41,420 nt of DNA from Bacteroidales bacterium. Its GTDB lineage: Bacteria > Bacteroidota > Bacteroidia > Bacteroidales > WCHB1-69. Of the stretch, positions 28,563 to 37,823 are shown piece after piece. Within the stretch, counting starts at the first letter, position 1; every line of letters starts with the position of its first letter. A program made the translations under genes and the position numbers. The DNA lies in the NCBI GenBank assembly GCA_028703095.1, contig JAQVNO010000002.1, positions 1 through 41,420 on the forward strand. Reading direction: 5' to 3'. The notes beneath the pieces are model-generated. The model saw nothing but the letters and a program-made list of their open reading frames with translations, made no database searches and was not told the DNA's origin.

Positions 28563-30152
28563 TTATTGAGGAATTCTTAATGTTTTACCTACAAGTAACG
28601 GTTCGTTTGCGTTGATGTTATTTATTTTTTTTATATCTTCAATTGACGCTGTTTGGAAGCGTTGTGCTATACTCCAGAGAGTGTCTCCTTTGGCAACTTT
28701 ATAAGTAATAAAAGTAGGGTTCTCTTTTTGAGGGATAAAAGCTTCTTCTTTTTTAGTTGATGTTTGTGTGGTATCAAGAACTGTATTTTGCATAGAGTCC
28801 GAATGGTTTACGTTCGTTAAGGAAGAATCTGTTGTTAACCCTTCATTTTGTTTAGCTTGTTTATTTTCAACCGGTACTTTCACATAACCTACAATAAGTT
28901 TTTCTCCCGGATGTATCATGCTGGATTTTTTATTGTTCAATCGATATAATTCGGATACGGGAATACGGTATTTATTTGAAATAATGGATAATGACTCACC
29001 GCTTTTTACAGTATGAAATTTATACTTTGTAGAAGTAGAACAGGAGGCATCATTCGCAGATACGAAGGCTGCCTCGGCAATATGATGTGTAGGAAAATAT
29101 AAGGAAGTATTATAATTATAAATGCTGTCTTTGTTTGTTAAGAACGCACTTATATATTCCACCGGCAATGTCAGTACATAAGTTTCAGAAGAAGCAGGAA
29201 TAACATTTCGTTTATATTGCGGATTATAGCTGATAAGTTTTTCCATTGGGATATTGATGACAGCTGCAATTTGTTGGAAATGCAATTTGCTATTAATATG
29301 AACCGTATCAGTAATATCAAGAGATATATTGGCGGGAGTTATTCCGTGTTTATCGTAATATTTCATGGCATACATGGCTCCGTAAAAAGCGGGAACATAG
29401 CCTCTGGTTTCTTTGGGTAAATAATTATATATTTCCCAAAAATCGGTTTTTCCGCCTGAACGTCGGATGGCTTTGGTAACGTTTCCCGGTCCGCAATTAT
29501 AAGCAGCAATTGCCAATACCCAATCGCCCCAAAACATTTCGCTGAGGTCATGAAGATGTCTTGCTGCTGCCTCCGTGGATTTCAATGGGTCTTTTCTATC
29601 GTCAATCCAGGTGCTGACGTTTAAATCATACATTTTCCCTGTGTTGTACATAAATTGCCAAAGACCGGTGGCACCGGCACGTGAAATGGCGGTAGGATTA
29701 AGTGCCGATTCGATAACAGCCAGATATTTAAGCTCTATAGGACAATTGTTTCTATCTAAGGCTTCTTCAAATAAAGGGAAATAATAATGAGATAAACCCA
29801 ATAAAAGGGATATGTTTTTATATCTCTTGGTATATAGTTCAATATAATTGCGGATGTGAGTATTATAAACCAAAGGGAACAATGTTTGGTCAGTAATTGC
29901 CTTTAAACGGAATAAATAAATAGAATCTATATTTTCCGAATTAATATCTTGATGCTCTAAGGCAGGTTGCGAATTTTGATGATAATCAGCTTTTTTTGCA
30001 TACCATGTTTCGTTTATAGCATTTAATTGTTCCAAAATACGATATTCTTCTTCAATCAAACTACTATCTATAGTAACAACAGTATCATTTTGAGCGTATA
30101 AGGAAATTGAAAAGGTGATTAGTATAAAATGTAGTACATATTTTAAACGCAT
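28563..30152 (-). CDS. Membrane-bound lytic murein transglycosylase D-like protein (SLT domain plus two LysM domains)
   Basis: Signal peptide and an SLT catalytic block YLAVIESALNPTAISRAGATGLWQFM. Two C-terminal LysM repeats (HTVKSGESLSIISNKY..., YKVAKGDTLWSIAQRF...). Its stop abuts the truB start codon. Confidence 0.88.
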   Translation of the reverse strand: MRLKYVLHFILITFSISLYAQNDTVVTIDSSLIEEEYRILEQLNAINETWYAKKADYHQNSQPALEHQDINSENIDSIYLFRLKAITDQTLFPLVYNTHIRNYIELYTKRYKNISLLLGLSHYYFPLFEEALDRNNCPIELKYLAVIESALNPTAISRAGATGLWQFMYNTGKMYDLNVSTWIDDRKDPLKSTEAAARHLHDLSEMFWGDWVLAIAAYNCGPGNVTKAIRRSGGKTDFWEIYNYLPKETRGYVPAFYGAMYAMKYYDKHGITPANISLDITDTVHINSKLHFQQIAAVINIPMEKLISYNPQYKRNVIPASSETYVLTLPVEYISAFLTNKDSIYNYNTSLYFPTHHIAEAAFVSANDASCSTSTKYKFHTVKSGESLSIISNKYRIPVSELYRLNNKKSSMIHPGEKLIVGYVKVPVENKQAKQNEGLTTDSSLTNVNHSDSMQNTVLDTTQTSTKKEEAFIPQKENPTFITYKVAKGDTLWSIAQRFQTASIEDIKKINNINANEPLLVGKTLRIPQ

Positions 30153-30236
30153 ATATTCTTTAATTAAATTAGTTTACCTTTTTCAATAAAGGTAAAAAAG
30201 TTTTGCAAAAATACATTTTTTTTTAATTCCATGATT

Positions 30237-31082
30237 TTATTTTTCTAATATCATTATTTCTACTCTACGATTCAGGTTTTCTTCTTCTTCATTTTTTTCT
30301 TCCGGAAAGCGTTTTTTTGCTGAACCAAAACCTTTGTATGTCATGCGTTTTTTATCAATCCCTGAACGAATTAAAAAATCATACACAGCTTTTGCTCTAT
30401 TTACGCTCAAAGTGTAATTATTGTTAATCATATCATAGCCATCTTTTCCATCGGTTTGACAACAAATATGTCCTTGAATTTCAATTTTTAAATCCGTATA
30501 TTTATTCATGATGTATGCTAATTCATCTAAGGCGGGTTCAGATTCTGTTTTAAAAAGAGGAGTTCCTCCATAGAAGATGATATTTTCCAACACAATTTGT
30601 CTGCCAACTTCCAATTCCTCTTCGTTAATGTTATTGGCTGAAAGCGTATCTTTAGAAATCAATTCATTTTGCTTATCGGCAATAATACTATATCTGATTT
30701 CTGCAATCCTATGTGCTGCTATACCACGATCGGAAGTGTCTGTACGTTCAGAGGCATTACTATTTGGATATATTCCCATTCCTTTCAAAATAACAATTTT
30801 ATTTTTAGGGATGCCTTTTTTTATTAGATAGGAATAAACACTTTTAGAACGTTTTTCCGATAATTCTTGATTGTAATTTTCAGTTCCTAAAAAATCAGTA
30901 TAAGCAACAATTTCAATAGAATCGATAAGAGGAGTGTTTGCAATATTATATATAATCAATTGATTTTTGGCTGAAAGCGTTTGTTCATTTATGCTGAAAT
31001 AAATTATAACTGTATTCTTTTCTTGCGAAAAGGCAATGAAAGTTGAAAAGACAATAACAGAAAAGAATAATAAATTGCGCAT
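30237..31082 (-). CDS. OmpA-family protein (two OmpA_C-like domains)
   Basis: Signal peptide. Two repeats of the OmpA-C pattern (YTDFLGTENYNQELSEKRSKSVYSYL and TLSVNRAKAVYDFL...NRRVEI). Confidence 0.85.
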   Translation of the reverse strand: MRNLLFFSVIVFSTFIAFSQEKNTVIIYFSINEQTLSAKNQLIIYNIANTPLIDSIEIVAYTDFLGTENYNQELSEKRSKSVYSYLIKKGIPKNKIVILKGMGIYPNSNASERTDTSDRGIAAHRIAEIRYSIIADKQNELISKDTLSANNINEEELEVGRQIVLENIIFYGGTPLFKTESEPALDELAYIMNKYTDLKIEIQGHICCQTDGKDGYDMINNNYTLSVNRAKAVYDFLIRSGIDKKRMTYKGFGSAKKRFPEEKNEEEENLNRRVEIMILEK

Positions 31083-31289
31083 GTTAAAACATAGTTAGGT
31101 TATATTAAATAATATGAAAAATAAATATTTATTGTGATTATTTTTAAATTATTTTAAAAATTATTAAATACAAATACAATAGATGTAAATTAATATTTCT
31201 ATAAATTAATAAATATTTTCAATACATTCAGTAAATCAATACTTTTTTCATTTTTGTTCTTGATTTTGTGTTTATATTCTATTTTTTTA

Positions 31290-31297
31290 TACTTTTG
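31290..31297 (+). promoter_or_regulatory. Candidate -7 box TActTTTG (with -33 TTTG at about 31265-31268) for the eight-gene glycan operon
   Basis: tatacttttgcaaag read directly. A TTTG lies 21-22 nt upstream. About 60 nt before the rfbF ATG, in a 275-nt AT-rich intergenic region. Confidence 0.45.
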
Positions 31298-31357
31298 CAA
31301 AGTAAAATTATAAATATATATATATAAATATTTGAAAAACAATCGTAAAAACTATTT

Positions 31358-32125
31358 ATGAAAGCAGTAATTTTAGCAGGTGGATTTGGCACACGTTTAA
31401 GTGAGAGCACACATTTAATTCCTAAACCTATGGTAGAAATAGGAAGTAAACCTATTCTTTGGCATATAATGAAAATGTATAGTTTTTATGGGTTTAATGA
31501 GTTTATCATTTGTTGTGGCTATAAGCAATATATCATCAAAGAATATTTCGCTAATTATTTCAGGCATAATTGTGATATTACCGTTGATTTATCGGATAAT
31601 AGCATAGAGGTTCTGGATAATCATTCTGAAAATTGGAAAGTTACGATGGTAGATACCGGATTACATACTATGACCGGAGGTCGTATTAAACGCATACAAA
31701 AATATATTGGGGACGAAGCATTCTTATTGACTTATGGAGATGGCGTTTCGGATGTAAACATAAGTAAAACCATTGAAAACCATAAAAAATCAGGAAAGAT
31801 ATTAAGCATGATGGCTTTTCAACCGGGAGGACATTTGGGTGTTTTGGACATACAAGGAGAAGAAGTAAAATCTTTTGTAGAAAAACCGAAAGCATCCGGC
31901 ACTTGGATTAATGCCGGTTTCTTTGTGTGTGAACCTCGACTTTTTGATTATTTGGAGGGCGATCATGAAATGTTTGAACGTCAACCCATGGAACGGATGA
32001 TGAAAGATTCCCAAATACATGCTTTTAAGCACAACGGGTTTTGGAAGCCAATGGATACCTTGCGTGATTGCAAAGAATTGAATGATTTATGGGAAAAAGA
32101 CATCGCTCCTTGGAAAGTATGGTAA
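31358..32125 (+). CDS. rfbF: Glucose-1-phosphate cytidylyltransferase
   Basis: MKAVILAGGFGTRLSE...PKPMVEIGSKPILWHIMKMYS...IICCGYKQYIIKEYFANYF, near-diagnostic for RfbF/DdhA. Also C-terminal WKPMDTLRD. Confidence 0.95.
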   Translation: MKAVILAGGFGTRLSESTHLIPKPMVEIGSKPILWHIMKMYSFYGFNEFIICCGYKQYIIKEYFANYFRHNCDITVDLSDNSIEVLDNHSENWKVTMVDTGLHTMTGGRIKRIQKYIGDEAFLLTYGDGVSDVNISKTIENHKKSGKILSMMAFQPGGHLGVLDIQGEEVKSFVEKPKASGTWINAGFFVCEPRLFDYLEGDHEMFERQPMERMMKDSQIHAFKHNGFWKPMDTLRDCKELNDLWEKDIAPWKVW

Positions 32126-32160
32126 CACAACCCATTAATTAGGCAGCCTATAAAGTTAAC

Positions 32161-33228
32161 ATGAAAGATTTTTATAAAAATAAAAAAATACTAATAACTG
32201 GTCATACCGGATTTAAAGGTACTTGGCTAACCGTTATTTTAAATAGTTTAGGGGCAGAAGTTATGGGCTATGCCTTGGTTCCTGATACCTATCCTTCGTT
32301 TTTTAATGTCATTGAAGGAAAAGCACTCTGTAAATCGATTATCGGAGATATTAGAGATATTGCTAAATTATATCAACAAATTAAGGAATTCCAACCGGAT
32401 ATTGTATTTCATCTTGCGGCTCAACCTATAGTGAGAAGATCCTATCAAATTCCGGCGGAAACATTTGAAGTCAATGCGATTGGAACGGCTAATGTCTTAG
32501 ATGGGATACGCCAGTTGTTAAAACCTTGTATCGCTGTTATGATAACAACAGACAAAGTATATGAAAATATGGAAAGTGGTCGCGCGTATCAGGAAAGCGA
32601 CCGTTTAGGAGGATATGATCCTTATAGTGCTAGTAAAGCTTGCGCAGAGTTGGTGATTGATTCCTATAGAAAATCCTTTTTCAATACTAAAGAATATGAG
32701 AAACATCAAAAATCTCTTGCCTCGGCACGGGCAGGAAACGTAATTGGAGGAGGTGATTGGGCAAAGGACAGACTCATTCCGGATATTGTAAGGGCTTTAG
32801 CAAAAAAAGAAAGCATACAAATTCGTAATCCCAAAGCTGTAAGACCTTGGCAGCATGTGTTGGAGCCTCTCTGGGGATATTTGACCCTGGCAATGAAGAT
32901 GTCTGAAAATCCCATTATGTATGCGGAGGCATATAATTTCGGACCTTTCCCTTCGGATGTATTGACAGTAAAGGGAATGGCCAAATTAGCCGTTGATATT
33001 TGGGGCGAAGGTAAAATTTCATTTCCTGATTTAACTGACCAACCTCATGAAGCCGGATTGTTATCATTAGATATCACTAAAGCTGAACGTCTTTTAAATT
33101 GGAAGCCAAAACTAAATGCTAAAAAAGCATTAGCATTTACGCTAGAATGGTATAAATCATTTTATAATAATGATTCTAATATGATAAATATTACAAAAAA
33201 TCAAATAGATACTTATATGGATATGTAA
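32161..33228 (+). CDS. rfbG: CDP-glucose 4,6-dehydratase
   Basis: [14 protein letters not shown] Rossmann motif, TTDKVYEN, catalytic [10 protein letters not shown] and [19 protein letters not shown] block typical of RfbG/DdhB. Confidence 0.93.
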   Translation: MKDFYKNKKILITGHTGFKGTWLTVILNSLGAEVMGYALVPDTYPSFFNVIEGKALCKSIIGDIRDIAKLYQQIKEFQPDIVFHLAAQPIVRRSYQIPAETFEVNAIGTANVLDGIRQLLKPCIAVMITTDKVYENMESGRAYQESDRLGGYDPYSASKACAELVIDSYRKSFFNTKEYEKHQKSLASARAGNVIGGGDWAKDRLIPDIVRALAKKESIQIRNPKAVRPWQHVLEPLWGYLTLAMKMSENPIMYAEAYNFGPFPSDVLTVKGMAKLAVDIWGEGKISFPDLTDQPHEAGLLSLDITKAERLLNWKPKLNAKKALAFTLEWYKSFYNNDSNMINITKNQIDTYMDM

Positions 33229-33262
33229 ATTTAATCAAGTATTTTCATTGAAAAAAGAAAAA

Positions 33263-34592
33263 ATGACAAAACGAGAACAGATACTATCATTAGTTAAAAC
33301 ATATTATAAGGAAACCTATGAGCAACAAAAAGTTTTTATTCCCGGTGATAGGATAAGTTATGGAGGAAGAGTATTTGACGAAGAAGAAATGTGTAATTTG
33401 GTAGATTCATCGTTAGATTTTTGGCTGACAACGGGTCCTTATGCTGAACAATTTGAAAAAGATTTTGCTCATTTTTTACAAGTAAAATATGCTTTGTTGA
33501 CAAATTCCGGCTCATCGGCAAATCTGTTAGCCTTTATGGCTTTGACATCACCTTTACTGAAAGAGAGAGCCATACAAAGAGGCGATGAAGTGATTACAGT
33601 AGCATGTGGATTTCCCACTACCATTGCTCCTGCTATTCAATTCGGAGCAATACCCGTTTTTGTTGATGTTGCTATACCTCAATACAATATCGATGTTTCT
33701 TACTTAGAAAAAGCATTATCGCGTAAAACAAAAGCAGTTATGATTGCTCATACATTGGGAAATCCTTTTGATTTAAAAGCAATAAAAACATTTTGCAATC
33801 AATATAATCTTTGGTTGATAGAAGATAATTGTGATGCATTAGGTTCAAAATATTATATGGATGGGGCATGGAAATATACGGGAACCATTGGTGATATTGG
33901 AACCTCCAGCTTTTATCCTCCACATCATATGACTATGGGTGAAGGAGGTGCAGTGTATACAAACAATCCTTTGTTAAAACGTATTGTTGCTTCAATAAGA
34001 GATTGGGGAAGAGATTGTTTCTGCTTATCAGGGAAAGATAACACCTGTAATCACCGTTTTGACCAACAACATGGAGAATTGCCTTTTGGGTATGACCATA
34101 AATATGTCTATTCTCACTTTGGGTATAATTTAAAAGTTACCGATATGCAAGCAGCCATTGGTTGTGCTCAATTGAAAAAACTTCCCGATTTTATTGCTGC
34201 CAGAAAAAAAAAATTGGAATTATTTAAAAGAGCAGCTTCTTGAATTAAACGAGGTTTTTTATTTACCTGAAGCGATTGAAAATTCTGATCCTTCGTGGTT
34301 TGGGTTTTTGTTAACCATTAAACCAAATGCATCTTTTAATCGCATTGATATTATAAATTATTTGGAAAAAAAGAACATTCAAACTAGATTGCTTTTTGCC
34401 GGCAATCTATTGAAACATCCTTGTTTCAATGTAATGAGAGAAAGTCAAGAAGGATATAGAGTAATAGGAACATTAAAGCAGACAGATATTGTTATGGAGC
34501 AAACATTTTGGATAGGAGTATATCCGGGTATGCAAAAAGAAATGCTTCAATACATGGTCGAACAAATTAAATCATTTGTTAAAACGTTTTAA
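33263..34592 (+). pseudogene. rfbH: CDP-6-deoxy-D-xylo-4-hexulose-3-dehydrase (RfbH/DdhC, E1), reading frame split by a +1 shift in an A10 tract
   Basis: Two overlapping ORFs (33248-34243 and 34194-34592) together cover one RfbH-like protein. It has [21 protein letters not shown] and the His-for-Lys active site [13 protein letters not shown]. It also has the Fe-S Cys cluster [12 protein letters not shown] and, in the second frame, LPEA..SDPSWFGF. Removing one A from the run at 34204-34213 joins ...FIAARKK to NWNYLKEQL... . Confidence 0.85.
34204..34213. repeat. Homopolymeric A10 tract at the rfbH frameshift site
   Basis: cag-aaaaaaaaaa-ttgg read directly. A9 (or A12) would restore a single frame. 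Confidence 0.8.
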
Positions 34593-34604
34593 ATAATATT
34601 GATT

Positions 34605-35141
34605 ATGGAAATTCATCCTACCGATATTTCGGGTTTAATGATTTTAAAGAACCCTATGTTTCAAGATATAAGAGGGGGGTTTCAAAAGATATTTACCTTT
34701 GATGAATTTAAAAAAAACAAATTGGATGTTGATTTCAAAGAATTTTATTATTCTGTATCGCATAAAGATGTTATTCGTGGGATGCATTTTCAAACGCCAC
34801 CTTGTGAGCATTCGAAACTTGTGTTTGTAAATCAAGGGTCGGTAATCGATGTAGTGGTAGATTTGCGTAAGTTATCACCTACTTATGGGCATTATTTTTC
34901 TATTGAATTAACTGATTCGAATGGAGTTGCTTTATACATTTCAAAAGGATTGGCACACGGTTTTTGTGCAAAAATGGATAATACTATTGTTAATTATTTG
35001 CAAACCAGTGTTTTTTCCAAAGAAAATGATGCAGGTATTTTGTATGATTCTTTTGGTTTTGATTGGCAAGTAAAAAATCCTATTTTATCGGAAAGAGATT
35101 TAGCATTTCAATCATTTCATCATTTTAAAACTCCATTTTAA
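34605..35141 (+). CDS. RmlC-like cupin sugar-nucleotide 3,5-/5-epimerase (AscE-like in this CDP-sugar context)
   Basis: DIRGGFQKIF, VIRGMHFQ, KLVFVNQGSVIDVVVDLRKLSPTYG and GLAHGF blocks of the dTDP-4-dehydrorhamnose 3,5-epimerase family. The stop overlaps the next ATG (TAATG). Confidence 0.85.
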   Translation: MEIHPTDISGLMILKNPMFQDIRGGFQKIFTFDEFKKNKLDVDFKEFYYSVSHKDVIRGMHFQTPPCEHSKLVFVNQGSVIDVVVDLRKLSPTYGHYFSIELTDSNGVALYISKGLAHGFCAKMDNTIVNYLQTSVFSKENDAGILYDSFGFDWQVKNPILSERDLAFQSFHHFKTPF

Positions 35142-36031
35142 TGAATATTCTTATCACAGGCGGTACAGGTTTTATAGGTACTCATTTAGTAAGGGAGTTG
35201 TGTAATCATCATCAGCTACACGTGTTAGTGCCTCCTGATTTGGATTTTATAATTCCTGAAAATGTAAAAGTTATTGAATTTTCTGATGACATACCTTTAC
35301 TTCATGCTTATTTAATTGAAAATAAAATAGAAGGAATTGTCCATTTAGCTACATTATTTATAGCACAACATCAAGGCGAACAAATTAAAGATATGGTTCT
35401 TTCTAATATTTATCTTGGCACTGCCATTCTTGAAGCTGTTCGAGCTACATCGGTTCAATGGTTTTTAAATACGGGAACCATATGGCAGAATTATAAAAGT
35501 GATAGTGTGGATTATTGCCCCGTGAATTTATACGCTGCTACCAAGCAAGCGTTTAGTGATATGGCTGCATTTTATATAGAAACTAGTGATTTGAAATTTG
35601 TAACATTAAAATTGTCAGATACTTTCGGTGGAGGGGACACCAGAAGAAAATTATTTACTGTTTTGAAAGAAGCAGCCATAAGCGGAGAAGAATTACGTAT
35701 GTCGCCCGGGGAACAATATCTCGATATATTGTATATTAGTGATATTATTTCCGGTTTTGTACATTTGATACATTTACTTCATGATAACAAACTCAAAGAA
35801 AATGACTATGTTTTGACTGCGCACAAAAGATATACATTAAAAGAAGTAATTGCAATCTTTGAGAAAGTAAGTGGAAAGAAATTAAATGTTGTTTGGGGAG
35901 GTAGAGAATATAGGAAAAGAGAAGTAATGCAACCATGGAAGAAAGGAAAAGTTTTGCCGGGATGGAATGCACAACTATCTTTAGAACAAGGAATAACTTT
36001 ATATTTAAACGAGAATGAAAATGTATACTAA
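35141..36031 (+). CDS. NAD(P)-dependent SDR epimerase/reductase, probable CDP-4-keto-(3,)6-deoxyhexose 4-reductase (AscF/RfbJ/RfbS-like)
   Basis: ILITGGTGFIGTHL Rossmann motif and catalytic YAATKQA (YxxxK). Position directly after the epimerase. Confidence 0.8.
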   Translation: MNILITGGTGFIGTHLVRELCNHHQLHVLVPPDLDFIIPENVKVIEFSDDIPLLHAYLIENKIEGIVHLATLFIAQHQGEQIKDMVLSNIYLGTAILEAVRATSVQWFLNTGTIWQNYKSDSVDYCPVNLYAATKQAFSDMAAFYIETSDLKFVTLKLSDTFGGGDTRRKLFTVLKEAAISGEELRMSPGEQYLDILYISDIISGFVHLIHLLHDNKLKENDYVLTAHKRYTLKEVIAIFEKVSGKKLNVVWGGREYRKREVMQPWKKGKVLPGWNAQLSLEQGITLYLNENENVY

Positions 36032-36869
36032 TCATGTATTTTTGCCTTTAGTAAGTGTATGCATTCCAACTTATAATGCATCAGCTACTATTATTGAAAC
36101 CTTAAATTGTGTTATAAATCAAACATATAATCATATAGAAATTATTGTTTGTGATAATCAATCAACGGATTGTACGGTAGAATTGATAAAAAAGATCTCT
36201 GATGACAGAATCCAATTGTATATAAATACTGAGAATGTTGGTATGTTAGAGAATTTTAATATTGTTCTATCTAAGGCAAAGGGTAAATATGTAAAACTTT
36301 TATGTTCTGATGATAGAATTTCAAGTGATTGCATTGAAAAACAAGTGAATATATTTCAAAACGAATCTTATAAAGATATTGTTATGGTTTCCGTCGAAAA
36401 ATTGGTGATAGATGAAAAAGGCAGGCAACTTTTTATCAAACGTTTTCCCGGAAAGGGAGGTTGCTATGGTGGAGAAAAGGCTATACGAAAAAGTTTTAGA
36501 TTTGGAACGAATATTTTCGGAGAACCCGGTTCGGTATTGTTTTTAAATGAGGCTGTTCAAAAAGCAGGAAAGATAAATATTCCCGTCGAATTAACCTATG
36601 TGGTAGATTTACAGCTTTATGCTCAAATATTAAAACAAGGGAATCTATTTGTATTAAAAGAACCTCTGTTTTCATTTAGAGTAACAAAAAATTCGTATAC
36701 GGCAAAATCCAAATGGGAACCGGCAATTGTATTCAATAGATTAAGGAAAAAATATAGTCAAGAAAAATTCTTTGATTTTTCTTGTATTGATAAAATCCTT
36801 GCATTTGTAATGTCATGGATATTGTGTGTAGTGAGAAATATGATTTTTAAATTAACAAATAAAAAATAA
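36015..36869 (+). CDS. Family 2 (GT-A) glycosyltransferase
   Basis: VSVCIPTYNASATIIETLNCVINQTY, IIVCDNQSTD and CSDD (DxD-like) motif. Overlaps the previous gene by 17 nt. Confidence 0.85.
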   Translation: MKMYTNHVFLPLVSVCIPTYNASATIIETLNCVINQTYNHIEIIVCDNQSTDCTVELIKKISDDRIQLYINTENVGMLENFNIVLSKAKGKYVKLLCSDDRISSDCIEKQVNIFQNESYKDIVMVSVEKLVIDEKGRQLFIKRFPGKGGCYGGEKAIRKSFRFGTNIFGEPGSVLFLNEAVQKAGKINIPVELTYVVDLQLYAQILKQGNLFVLKEPLFSFRVTKNSYTAKSKWEPAIVFNRLRKKYSQEKFFDFSCIDKILAFVMSWILCVVRNMIFKLTNKK

Positions 36870-36873
36870 AAAT

Positions 36874-37803
36874 ATGTTATTATCAGTTATCATTCCATGT
36901 TATAATGAAGAGTTGGTGATAGAAGAAACCTATAAACGATTGTTAAATGTCCTTGATAAAATGGAAAATAAATATGAATTGATTTTTATCAATGACGGAA
37001 GCAAAGATACTACCTATGACATTTTATATAACTTATCGCTTGAAGATAAAAGAGTAAAAATTTTGAATTTTTCAAGAAATTTCGGTCATCAATGTGCGGT
37101 TACGGCGGGGATAAATTATTGTCAAGGGGATGCAGCTGTTATAATTGATTCTGATTTACAAGATCCACCTGAAGTTATTGTGGAGATGTTGAAAATTATG
37201 GAAGAACAAAAAGCTAATGTGGTGTATGGGGTTCGTAAAAAACGCAAAGGAGAAAGTTGGTTTAAATTAGTAACTGCAAAATATTTTTATCGCTTGTTAA
37301 ATAGTTTATCCGATGTTAAGTTTCCGGTTGATACAGGGGATTTCCGTTTGATTGACAGAAGTATTATTGATACCTTTAATCGCATGGAAGAAAAAAATAA
37401 ATATATACGTGGGTTGATAAGCTGGATGGGATATAAACAACTTCCTTGTTATTATGAACGAGAAGAACGATTTGCAGGAGAAACGAAATATCCTTTTAAA
37501 AAAATGATTAAATTTGCTATGGTAGGGGTGTTCTATTTCTCTAAAAAGCCATTGCAACTTGCAACTTTCAGTGGTTTTATATCGGTAGCAATCGGAATTA
37601 TTTACGGTTTGATAGCATTAATTACAAAATTGATAAATCCCGATGCACTGGTAACAGGATGGACAACTTTGATAATTTTGATTATCTTTTTTGGTGGAGT
37701 TCAATTACTTACTATAGGTGTTTTGGGTCAATACATGGGTAATTTATTTGATGAAGCGAAAGATAGACCGGAATATATTATTGGTGATAAAATAAATTTC
37801 TAA
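36874..37803 (+). CDS. GtrB/ArnC/DPM1-like polyprenyl-phosphate glycosyltransferase (GT2 with two C-terminal TM helices)
   Basis: SVIIPCYNEE, FINDGSKD, SRNFGHQ, IDSDLQDPPE, GDFRLIDR, RGLISWMGYKQ, RFAGETKY, two C-terminal TM segments and LGQYMGNLFDEAKDRPEYII. Confidence 0.9.
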   Translation: MLLSVIIPCYNEELVIEETYKRLLNVLDKMENKYELIFINDGSKDTTYDILYNLSLEDKRVKILNFSRNFGHQCAVTAGINYCQGDAAVIIDSDLQDPPEVIVEMLKIMEEQKANVVYGVRKKRKGESWFKLVTAKYFYRLLNSLSDVKFPVDTGDFRLIDRSIIDTFNRMEEKNKYIRGLISWMGYKQLPCYYEREERFAGETKYPFKKMIKFAMVGVFYFSKKPLQLATFSGFISVAIGIIYGLIALITKLINPDALVTGWTTLIILIIFFGGVQLLTIGVLGQYMGNLFDEAKDRPEYIIGDKINF

Positions 37804-37823
37804 CAATTTAATTAGTATTAGGT

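Noticed and set aside
30173-30196. 9-bp perfect hairpin (tttaccttt/aaaggtaaa) between the OmpA-family gene and mltD-like gene, considered as a terminator
   Set aside because: It has no U-tract on either strand. It lies downstream of a candidate minus-strand -7 box (30206-30213), so it may simply be in the mltD 5' leader. The role is ambiguous.
31309-31326. (TA)6-7 dinucleotide run in the leader of the glycan operon
   Set aside because: It is short and sits in a 275-nt region that is almost pure A/T, so it is likely compositional. No evidence of variability.
34194-34592. 132-aa ORF as an independent gene
   Set aside because: It is the C-terminal part of RfbH (LPEA..SDPSWFGF block) displaced by the A10 frameshift. 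It is not a separate gene.
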